A stretch of 49,728 bases of DNA from Salisapilia sapeloensis CBS 127946 (taxonomy: Eukaryota > Protista > Oomycota), in the NCBI GenBank assembly GCA_023334545.1, contig JAADVB010000138.1, forward strand, positions 1-49,728, written 5' to 3'. This document shows positions 35,273 through 46,091 of the stretch, piece by piece. A model generated the notes under the pieces. That model made no database searches, was not told the DNA's origin, and saw only the letters and a list, made by a program, of their open reading frames with translations. The translations under genes were made by a program, and so were the position numbers. Each line of letters starts with the position of its first letter. Position 1 is the stretch's first letter.

Positions 35273-38200
35273 CTACACACCAGCATTGTTTGTTCGCAAT
35301 GCTTGGAGATGTTCCCAAGATGCTCTGACCGAAGTGTCATCTTCGAGGAAAGAATGGTTCCAAGCTCGACTAGAAGAATATCTCGAGAGACAATATGAAG
35401 TTGTGGACCCCACGACACTCCTCTTCGTCGGAGACTCCCAAAACGTCTCATCATCTTCTTCAAACTCTACCATGGCGTCAAACTCATCCTCTTCCCATGT
35501 CTTTGTATCCGTCGGCCACGTCGATGACTCTTGCAGATTGATGGACATTTGGCCTTGAGCAACACCGTCTGTCCGCTCCACATCTCTCGCACAGTCGTGC
35601 TTGGCCACTTCACTGCCCTTTCGACTGAAATGAGAGGAGCCCCGGATAAGTCCATCTTGCTCACACCGGTGGTGATTCTTCTCTGTCTTCCGAAAGATCT
35701 GAGCAAGGACATTAAAGAGTCGATCACGAGGAGGGTTCTTTAGATCTTCCAATATCCTCCTCGTATCACGAATCGGCATCTCTACACTGACCAACGTCGA
35801 GTTCCTTTCCAATCCTGCAAACATACTCTCAAATCCTTCCACGCTAATGCAATTCATATCCCACAACAACGTTTGAAGCGTTGTATTCTTCGGTAGCATG
35901 TCACCCAAAGCTACCGCGAGTTTGTCACCACACATATTGCCTGTCACATCGAGTACTTGAAGCGTTGTGTTGAGTGCAAGAGACTTCGCAACTGCCGTGA
36001 TAATGTGCGGACCAAATACATAGTCACTAGTACTGTCACACTTCAGGCACAGCTCTTTCAATGTCAAATGCTTTGGAGCAATCTTTAACGATGACAATGG
36101 ACTCCCTACATGAGCTGCAACTCGACGATCATTTTGATTATCATTCACTGGATATGCGCCAGAAAGTAGAAGTGTAAACGTATCCGACGCTGTCTTCTCG
36201 ATGGAGGAAATAGGAGAGGATGGCTGAAGTGGCTCTAGACTTGACGCGAGCGGAACTCGTACGTACCCGTTGCCCTGCAGGCTAAGCGACTCGACCGACC
36301 GGCAACCTCGAAGCGAATGTAACAGCAAGATGGACTAGATGAAATGCAACATCGTTAGTCAATGTTTAGACAGAATAGATCATTGATACCGTACGGCTTG
36401 GTCGTGAAGACATGTGCGATCAAGTCGAACACAGGCTCGAGGAGTTGTCGGTGTGTTATCAATCAATTGCGCCAATGCAGAAATCTTTGTTCCTCTCAAA
36501 TCGTTCTCACTTAAATCAATGTTGCATGGACACTCTCGAGTCATGTTTTTGAACATGGGTGCGAAGATACTTTCCATGCATTGCTTGGACAACCCGGTTG
36601 TCGCCCCGGCCTTCGGATCGTACTTGTCAGCTCTAAAAGACGTTAGCCACGTCTTCTGTAAGATACCACGAAGGATCAGTGTATGTAGACTACGAGATGT
36701 CCCGAAAAGTTGACCAATAGCTTCAGCTGCAGGCTTTGGCATGTAGTTGTACGAAAGATCCAGTAGTGACAAGGAAGCATTGCATAGGTTCCGATTACGC
36801 TGCAAGCTTTGACAAAATGATTCTAAATCCAAACCTGTACCAGCCAGCAACAATTTTTGCAATACAGATGCACTTGCCAACCACGTACCCAGTTGTCTCG
36901 TACCTTTCAGCCCAAGTCGGTTACCAGACAAGTTGAGCTCCTTTAGCGCAATTGCAAAACCTGGATTGGACCGTAGAACTTCCAGTATATGACTACTAGA
37001 GTGGCTTGTGAGGGAGCACTGTTCTAGATTAAGAAGTTCAAGAGCATTTGGTAGAGTTTCCAATGCAATCGACAAATAGTAGGTCATTGTACTCGACATG
37101 AAATTGTAGGAAAGATCTAGTCTTCGCAAGCAAAACGAAGCTCCATCGCTTTGACGTATTGTCGATTGCAGGACGATATGTTGCAATACCTTGATCGACT
37201 TTAAAGATAGTCCGATATTTGAAAGCACAAGACCTTGTAATGCAGCGGATGGAGAAACAAGTATATCAAGTACCGTTTTCGTACCTGCTTCGCCAATCGG
37301 GAGATCACACACAATAACAGAGTGGATACTTCTGCATTTCTGCACTGTGCGTGATAACGCTTGGACTTCTCGGAGTTGAAGAGCAGTCATGCATAGCGCT
37401 CTCCGTAGTGAATAGGCTGCAGGGGATGATGCAAAGAGATGGTAGTTAGCTACTACCTGGCGAAGTTTCTGTCGCAAGGTAGGTTCTTGGTATGTCTGAT
37501 ATGATTGTGAGGGTCCAGTCTCATTTTCCCTCGTCTCCAGACTCGATGCAAGTCGAAGGCAGTATTGGAAATCTATATCCACGTTGATCTCGTCTTCGGG
37601 ATTATACACCGGCTGAAGACAGTCCTGGAGTGTTTTGACAACACTCGATCGAAATGGTACCTGCAGCTCATCGCAATACACTTTGTAAGCTGCCTCAACT
37701 GCGTCTGTCCAGTCTCTATCATCGAGGTGAGACGTGTGGATACCACGACTAGGACTAGCTGAACTAGTTGGTGACAAAGGAAGGCTAGGATAATACGGTA
37801 ATCTCCAATCTTCCATGTCGGCTGGAAGTCTTAGTGTTGGAGGACGACAGAAGTCAAATGTGAGACGACATCGGTATAAAAGTCGTTGCAGTAGTTTCAT
37901 AAGTGCTTCACTATGTTCTCCAGCATCAACATGTAGCTTCGTTTTCTTTTTACTGTCATCTTCAGGGTCTGTTGCTAGTGTTACAAGAATAGAAGATTTT
38001 GACTGTTCTTTCGATTGGAGTACTGACAAGGAGCGAATGGTCAAGAGTCGATAGTCTTTACAGCACACGAGTGAAGTTTTAAATGGCTTCTTCAGTTTGT
38101 ACAACCGCAGCCGAAGCTCCGACACTACCAATATTCGTTTTACGAATTTCTTCGAGCGCTTCCGAACCATGATCCATTCTGCAATCTCGACTTTGTCTGC

Positions 38201-38344
38201 ATGATGCATCATAAAGTTTGACAAGTCCGCTTGGACTGCTGCAAGATGCTCTGAACTGACGTCCCATGGTTTCTCTTGATTTGGCCATCTTGCCAGATCT
38301 ACGAGTTCGTCTGTCGACGATGCGCTCCATTCACTAGCACTCAT
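35273..38344 (-). CDS. CARMIL/LRRC16-like protein: N-terminal PH-like domain plus RNI-type leucine-rich repeats; 2 exons
   Basis: N-terminal KRILVVSELRLRLYK (CARMIL PH-like) and many LxxLxLSxN repeats (LRRLDLSYN, LKELNLSGN, LSLLDLSYN, LQVLDVTGNMCGD, LQTLLWDMN). Intron 36335-36394 joins the two ORFs in frame. Confidence 0.85.
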
Positions 38345-38528
38345 TTTTTCTCTGGTAGATCTAAAGTATCCGAAAGATGTATGATGAGGAACTTGGACAG
38401 GATCGCGTTAGACTGGAAAGAATTGACGAGTGATTGCATGCAACTGCCGATTTAAAAATAAATTTGGAAACAGAGAGTAGATGTCGATTACTTCTTTTTC
38501 AGTTGACAACTAGTTCATTGCCAATCTC

Positions 38529-41500
38529 CTACAATCCTTCGCTCTTAAGCAACGTCGTAATGACATCCATTACCTCTGTCTCCCCAATGTTAAGCTCTGG
38601 TGTGGCAATTTTTTCTTCCATGAGTGCATCCACTTCCTTTCGCATCGCTTTCACAAGCACACCCACTCGTCCGACACTCTCCACTCGCACCCACTTGTCA
38701 ATCCAAATCCTTGTCTTTTCTTTCCCATACTCCACCTGCACATCTGTACCTCCGAAGAGTAAAAGCGAGTAGACGGACACCATGGAGCTGTCTCGTACAA
38801 AGACCTTGGACGTTTCGACTAGATCGCTAAAGACAAGATACGGCGTTTCGTACTTTTCTACCTTGAAATTGATCGAAGATGGATGGATGAACACGCGCTC
38901 TTCTTTCTGTCGGGGATTATTCTCTGACTCCACCTCACGAGATTTGACAAAGTACTTGAGCTGCCTCGCATCTGGATCTTTCGATACGACACCATTCGTT
39001 GTTTGTGTATACTTGGCACTCGGATAGACTACCTTGGCTACCTGTCCACTCAACCCAGCACATAGCGCTGCCTTTAGTACGCGTGCATTATCCGCATTCA
39101 CGTTCAAAGCATGATTCTTGCTTTTGTTATAGAAGCCCACGTCTTCCAGTTGATTTAAGTAATCCCGCTTCAGGTCCACAATGCTTTCCATCGTCTCAAA
39201 GCCCAATCCATTCTGCTTACAGAATTGACGTCGCTGCTTTCGACCCTTTTCGTTCTCATACTTTTCCACGAGGCGAGCAAGTATAAGATGATCACTTTTG
39301 CTATCCTCAGCCAGTTCCTTGCGTAGCTGTTCTTGGTTGCCTTTAATGTCTTCATCCAAACTCAATGCATTTAAGAACGGAGGCTTGGAGGATAAACTAG
39401 CAGCAATACAAGCCACTGGCTCAACACAACGTAGGATACTGCCGAAGATAAGGACTTTACCCACTCGAGCATCAAGTGGGAGCAAGGCCAGGTGGTGTCC
39501 GAGAGGCGTTAGTGTGAATAGAGTATTGTCATCATTCATCCCAGAGCATGCTGATAACGCCAAAAGCTCCTCCACTGCGACTCTCACTGCATCTTCTTTA
39601 GGAGGCTCAATGGACTGCTGTAAGAAGGCAAAGACATCCAGCTCTAGCTTTAGTAACTGCAATACAAGCTGCTGGAGCGAAACACGATGGATCTCCGCTT
39701 TAATCTGAGCAGCAAAGCGTTGGAACTTGCTGCTACTAAAAAGACGGAAACACTGTCCAGGCCTTACTCGTCCAGCTCGGCCTTTGCGTTGATCACAGCT
39801 TGCCTGAGACGTCCAATTCTCTGCCAACATTGATCGCTTTGTCTCCGGACTAAAGTGCATCTCTTTCACCTTTCCAGTATCAATCACACACGTAACGTCA
39901 TCAATCGTGACGGATGTTTCAGCGATATTGGTACTCAGGACGACCTTAAATGAACCCTTTGGAGCATGCTGGAAGATACGCGATTGGTCACTGCCGGATA
40001 AACCACCATGAAGAGGCAGGACCCATGTTTTCGACGCGGTGGAGGCATTCTGACTCAGTAAATCCTGCAGTCGTTTGATCTCCATCACGCCAGGTAGGAA
40101 GACAAGGATGCTTCCGTCACTCTTGCCCGACTCTTGAAGACTAAAGCGCTCTGGATCACTCACCAATGTCGAGATTAAGGAAACGCACAAGTGGTAATCA
40201 ATCTGGGAGTCGTCCTCAAGACACTGGATTGTCTGGATGGGAGACAAATGCGATGGCGATTGAATCGACGCATCTTTTTCCTGAATCTTTCTCACTTTCT
40301 TCGCGTTCAGTTTAGCTACATTCGGCCGGTATCCTGTCTGACCAAGCACATCCTCCAAGAAATGCGTAGTGACTGGGTATGTGAAGCCTGGAATCTCAAT
40401 GACAGGCGGGTTTGTCTTAGAGACAGCGCCAAAGTAATTCACGAACAAGGATGCATCCATCGTGGCACTCATTAGCACGATCTTCAGGTTTCTTCGCTTT
40501 GGTAGAATCTCGCGGAGTAAGGACAGTAGCAAATCTGTGTCCAGGCTACGTTCATGGACTTCATCTACGATTAAATGGGAGACACCAGCTAGTTCTTTGT
40601 CGTGAAGGATACGACGCAATAGTACTCCCGTTGTACAGAACAGCAATCGTGTCTTTCGCGATCGTTTGCTTTCCATTCGGATCTGGTATCCAATACTTTC
40701 ACCAATCTTTTCATTGCGTTCCTCAGCCACCCGGGTCGCTACACCGATTGCTGCCAGTCTTCGTGGTTGTGTACAAATGATGTCGCATTTGCCACCTTCC
40801 TCTTGACGGATCATCTCTTCCAAAAGGAACTGCGGCACTTGGGTCGTTTTACCACATCCAGTTTGACCTCGCACAAGGCTGACCTGGTTGGCCTCGACTT
40901 CGGACAAGACGTGGTCTTTGAAGCTGGCTGCCGGCAGTCGGCTCCGTGCTTTTTGCATCTTTACAAAATTTGGCGAATCGAGTTGTGACTTGTAGTCAGC
41001 GAGTAACTCCTGACTGAGTGACTGCATCTGTGCTTCGGATAGAGCAGGCTTTGTAGTCTTCCTAGATGGTTTCTTGGTCTTTTTGGTGCTTGAACTTGGC
41101 TTGGGTGTCATGGCTGGCTTTGCCACTTGTTTTTTACTGGATTTGGGTGCCACAAGCTGTGGAGACGAGCAAGGTTTGGCACTAGCAACCTCGCTTTCGA
41201 CAGCCATGCACAAGTCATACAAGATTGGGTCGCCAACAGAACTACTACAGTGTTTCAGTGCGTTTCCACATGCACTGAGTAGCACACTTGGATGTACATC
41301 TTTGAAAGAGGATAGTGCGATCACAGGAAGCTCCATTGGATAAGTCGAATTTTGCGGAAGCCATACTTCCAGCAACAAGGTTTTATCAGCGAGTTCAAAT
41401 GTCAGCTTGTGACCCTGAGGGCCTTCTTCCGATGAAAAGAAAGAGTCAAAGATGGCTTCAAGAGCCATGAGTTCATCACTACGTTGCATCTCAACCTCGT

Positions 41501-42889
41501 CCATGTCCATATCACCACCATTTTTATCGCTTGTGACTCCAAAATGCTTTAAAAGTGGCTGATGTAGGTGTTGTAAAGCAGATAGTACCATCGAGTCTGT
41601 TAGTTCTGTTTCCTGGACGTCCACCACGAGCTCAGACGCTACATGAGCACAGTCGTGACGATCGTATCCATACTTCATAAGCTTCTGTACCAGCTTTTGC
41701 CCGACAAGAGGCATTTCCTCTTGCTTGTTGCTAGCGACAACAACGTCGAGCTGTGTACCTTCAGGGTTAAAGCCTTTTGGCAGCTCTCCTTCCGGTACAT
41801 GCAGACATAACCAGTCAATGACAGCATCCAGCAGATCATCTGATTGCTTGGTATTGTCCGAGCAGGCCTTTAAACCTTTATCAATCTGTCCCTGCTGAAA
41901 GCCAAGCTGCTTTAGCTTTGTAGACGCAAACTTTTTAGCTTCTTCTTGCTCTTCAGATACATCAGCTTTTTCCTGCACATCATCTATCGTAGCAGAACGA
42001 GACTTCAGCATGCTCTCAATACGCTCACGCAGAGTAGCGTTCATGAACACCGGCTTTGACTCATTCGCACGCTCTCGACTTTCCCGCATACGATTGCGTT
42101 TATTCCGTTCTTGCGTTTTCTCCAGTTTGGCTTGTTCAAACTCCTTCTTGGATGCGAATTTCCGGTCCGAAGAAAGAGATAGAGGAGCCTTTTTCGTCTC
42201 CACTTGTTCCTCCTCCTCGACTTCACCCCATAGATCCATGTTATTGGTCGCTGCTGGAGCTTCCGTTTCTTTCTTTTCTTTCTTCTTGCTCTTTGACTTA
42301 TTCGTAGAAGATGATGAGTTGTTTTGTGACAATTGGAGCCAGAGATCACGGTATGGATCAGGCAGCTTTCGTTCGTGAGGCAAGGAAGGTCCGACGTAAT
42401 GCAATGCTAATAATGCAGCACAGTGCTTAGCTTCATCTAACGTATCAAAGCTTTGTTCAGGACAAAATGCAAGATCCTTGGCAGAATCCTTTTGATCTGG
42501 AAGCACACAACGCGTTCTATTCGAGTGTTATATGATGGATATGGAATACTTTGCACACTTTGAAAATTTAGTATACCTGAACTTGCCTTCTGCAGCTTTC
42601 ACTTTTGGGTAGAAAGGATTCTTACGCTTCTTACTCATGCAGTGTTCGTGCAACAATTGCATCGGTGTCCGCTGCCATTCTTTTAACACGACACCTTGAC
42701 GCTCTTGCTATGATCAAATTTACGGTACGATTAGCACGAATGCTACAAGAAAAGCAGAAAGGAGAGTTGTACCTCGCCACGAGAACTGGTGACTGTGCCT
42801 GCTCCTTTCTGATGATGACCAGGCTTCTTCCTTCCCATGTCTTGTGATCGATCCCACTTGCTTGACTGGTGTTTCGTATCAAGTTCCAT
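38529..42889 (-). CDS. DExH-box RNA helicase, DHX57/DHX29-like (dsRBD-like N-terminus, UBA, RWD, helicase core, HA2, OB); 3 exons
   Basis: GQTGCGKTTQVPQF, CTQPRRLAA, DEVHER, MSAT, STNIAETSVTIDDV and QRKGRAGRV; UBA-like (LKQLGF...AVIDWLCLHVPEGELP) and RWD (DELMALEAIF). Introns 42708-42772 and 42517-42576. The start may instead be the second ATG at 42838 (MGRKK). Confidence 0.93.
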
Positions 42890-43012
42890 TATACGGAAAA
42901 ATGTCTTTTTACAAATTTTTATCCGGAATCAGCACATTTTGATTGATATGCATGTTTTAAGTGAATTTTAAACTCGACTTGTCAACGCGGTTTGAAACAG
43001 TGCCCACCAAGC

Positions 43013-43816
43013 ATGGAGCAAGTCGAGAGACCGCTAGGCGAGCTTGTATTGCCAACTCTACAGCTAAAGAAAGGAAAAGGGCAGAGCAAGCAGTTGGAAG
43101 CTCGGATACAATACCTATGGAAGTCTGCTCATGAGCTCATTCGCACATCTTCGAGCTATGAAGCTGCCCATCAAATGACGTACTGACAATTCGTTTATAC
43201 ATGCAATTGTTTGCACTGAGCAAGTGTATTGGTGTTTAGTGCTCAGATACTACGAACGGCAAAATCTAATAAGCTTGTTTTGCCATCGAGCGTCCTGGAT
43301 TACTTGTGTGAAAAATGTGGCGGGCTGTTGATTCCTGAAGTGACTTGCCACATCAAGATGGTGCCGCGTGCAAATGCGAGCAAGAAGACTCAAAAGAAGA
43401 CGGTCCAGCACCGAAATATTTTGGTACGAGAGATGTATTCGCATTGGTACTTAGATGGTTCCTAATTAAACAATGGTGAATAGCGCATCACTTGCCACCG
43501 ATGCCAGCATTGCACAATCCGCAGTGGAGCTCCCAAGCTTGCCAAATCATCCAAGATCCCTGTGTCAAAGAAAAGAAAGCGCGAAGAGGTGTCGCCTGAT
43601 AGTGCTGAACCAAAGAAGGTAGTGCGAGTGGAACCAAAGCCTTCACCACCTACGGTACAGTCCCATCAACCAGTGAAAGATAGTATTTTCAAGAAAGAAG
43701 CAGCTCCTCGCAAGTTACTAGACGACTCGAAAGGTAGAAAGAAGAAAAAGAAGAAGACCGATGCTGCAGCTCCAGCAGGCCTAGGCTCTTTTCTCCAATC
43801 TCTGAATAAAAAGTAG
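43013..43816 (+). CDS. RPP21: RNase P/MRP subunit Rpp21/Rpr2/Snm1-family Zn-ribbon protein; 3 exons
   Basis: ARIQYLWKSAHEL helix, then LCEKCGGLLIPEVTC and ITCHRCQH (two CxxC pairs), then a Lys-rich tail. Introns 43180-43239 and 43424-43483. Confidence 0.78.
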
Positions 43817-44068
43817 ACTTAAATTGTGCCTAAATTCCGCTGATGAAATCTCAACGTAGAAGAAGAGATAGTGTCTAATTGAAGAAGTTTCCATGAGAAG
43901 CAAGTTTTCTCGGTTTCTCTGTTCATATAAAAAGGACCTACAGTACATCATTCTAACCCATTTACATAGTTTTATAATCAGATTCTGATATAGGTAGCAT
44001 CAAGAAACTTGTTTAGAAGAGATAGAATGTCCGAGCATCCACCACATTTCTCAACAAAGTGAAGAAGA

Positions 44069-44473
44069 ATGAGCAAGCAAGGACACCAGCAGCAGTACAA
44101 CTCGAACGGTTCAGGTATTCCGGTCGCGCAACCAGTTCATTACCAACCGGACACGTCTGGAGATGCAGACTTGGCGCGCAGAATGCAGGAGCAATATGAC
44201 CACAACTACGCCTCGCGCCAGCAGCAGCACATGTATGGAGGCCAACAAGTTGTTCCAGGACAGCACATAGTGTATCCGCAGCTACCAGCTACTTGTGGTA
44301 CATGTGGAGCGACGAATATGGTTAGAAATGCGACGGATGGAGCGATGTTCGAATGTGGAGGCTGTCACTCGCAGAATCGTATTATGATGTCTCGCGGTCC
44401 TTCTGGCCAAGTGAGTCGAGATTCTGGTGGGTTCATCTGCCTCCCGATTCCGATCTTTTGTAACATCCAGTAG
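44069..44473 (+). CDS. Small Q/G-rich protein with C4 Zn ribbon and C-terminal CaaX-like motif (134 aa)
   Basis: ATG-TAG ORF; CGTC-x16-CGGC; ends in -CNIQ; DADLARRMQEQY motif. Confidence 0.8.
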   Translation: MSKQGHQQQYNSNGSGIPVAQPVHYQPDTSGDADLARRMQEQYDHNYASRQQQHMYGGQQVVPGQHIVYPQLPATCGTCGATNMVRNATDGAMFECGGCHSQNRIMMSRGPSGQVSRDSGGFICLPIPIFCNIQ

Positions 44474-46091
44474 GTCTTTGTCCGCGGACAAAGGAGGAAT
44501 GCAGACTGGTATAGTAGCCTCGTGGTAGCATTAATGCGAAATTTATACTTAGGAAAATCAATTTGTATTGCTTTTAGCTTTTCCCATCTTTAAAGCTAGC
44601 TTGGAGCTAGCTAGGCTTTACGTTCCAAAGATAAAAGCTGGTTAGCATCAATGAGCCGATGGAATATTCACTATGCTTATAGGACTGTCAATATTGATGA
44701 AAATAACGACTGCGATGATGAGCACGAAGCTAAATTGGTAGGCCATGATGAAGTCAAACAACGTTCATACCATCCAGACTACTGTATATTTTACTTTCAA
44801 TGGTGAATTATAGATTGGTGTGCTTCGTGCAAACGTAGAGTATCATCGTAAATTACCATTGATTCAAGACCAGATCCGACCAAGTACGAGACGAGAAAAG
44901 AACAGTCGTCTGAATGCCCAAGGCTGCAGGATTACCTGTACAGGCAGATGTACAGCAGATATGAGTAGACAAAACTGCGTTGTCTGAAGGCTGATAGCGA
45001 GAAAGATACAATTATATCAATTTCTCAAATGATACAAACTGATCAGTACGCAACTGTCTCCATCGAGACAACTTTTTTGTTTAATGCTATGTTTAAACTA
45101 GATGTGTACGCTCCTTGGTTAGGCAATCACTAGATGCTACAAATTCCTTAATTCTATTATACAGCGATATGATGTATTTGTGTTGTAAAAGCAAACATTA
45201 ATAATCAATGGATACGAAATAGCGACATTAAATTCTATTGGAAGTGCTTCTATAGCATAGGCTCTATCGTAGACTCAGACGGCATCTGGTGAATGATGTT
45301 TCGGTGCAAGCAATTATTTGGATGCCACTCATACGACGAATCATTCGGACATGAATAAAGAAAGGGATCCTATACAGGGTCACCACGATTAGTGAAACTT
45401 ATCGTGTAATTTGGCAATACAAGGAAGAGTGTACCGTGCGTATTTGATGTCTACACAGGTAAGAAAGTGTAGAAAGCTCACGTTTCGATCTGCCTTATAA
45501 AGATATACTGGTCTTCAGTGTCCTTCTGGCAAAATGCTTGACAATCGATTATAAACTTTCTAGTTTGGAATGAACACGACGATCGCATCAACTACCGTCG
45601 GAACCACCGTACGTTTTCACCCAAAGATGGACTTCTTGCAACCACGTCTCTTTTGATCGCACGTGTCATCCTTCCCATTCGGTTGAACTTGAGTGATCAG
45701 GTCGTCGATTGTGTGATATGCTCCACGTACTCATGTACTTTGTTCAACTAGCATGCATGTGTCAATCACGAGCTTTATAAATGTTCATGTCTTGACATAG
45801 CGGTAACTCAGCTATGAATACAAATATAATAATTCTTGAAGCGTATATTTTAATACTTTTACTTTTCCGTTCCAGCATGATTTAGAGATCACTTTTCTCC
45901 GTTGTCGTATGTCAATCTCGACCTTGAACGATTGATCAGGACTCGACTGTATGTCTCATTGAAATGTACAAACAGTATCCGTCAACAATATGAATTTGTG
46001 GTTGAAGCACCTACGTTTATGTCCTGCGCGCTTCTTCAACAAAGATGGCTGATTGACGGGCATCCGTCGTCACTTTTATCATTCGCAAAAG

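Noticed and set aside
35145-35558. 137-aa + strand ORF overlapping the CARMIL-like 3' end
   Set aside because: Mostly antisense to a continuous, well-supported reading frame; no recognisable domain.
8578-42920. AAAATT/AATTTT cores upstream of BOP1 (8578), POP4 (13357) and RPP21 (42913), reminiscent of the yeast RRPE element
   Set aside because: The hexamer is too common in AT-rich intergenic DNA to distinguish from background without a genome-wide enrichment test.
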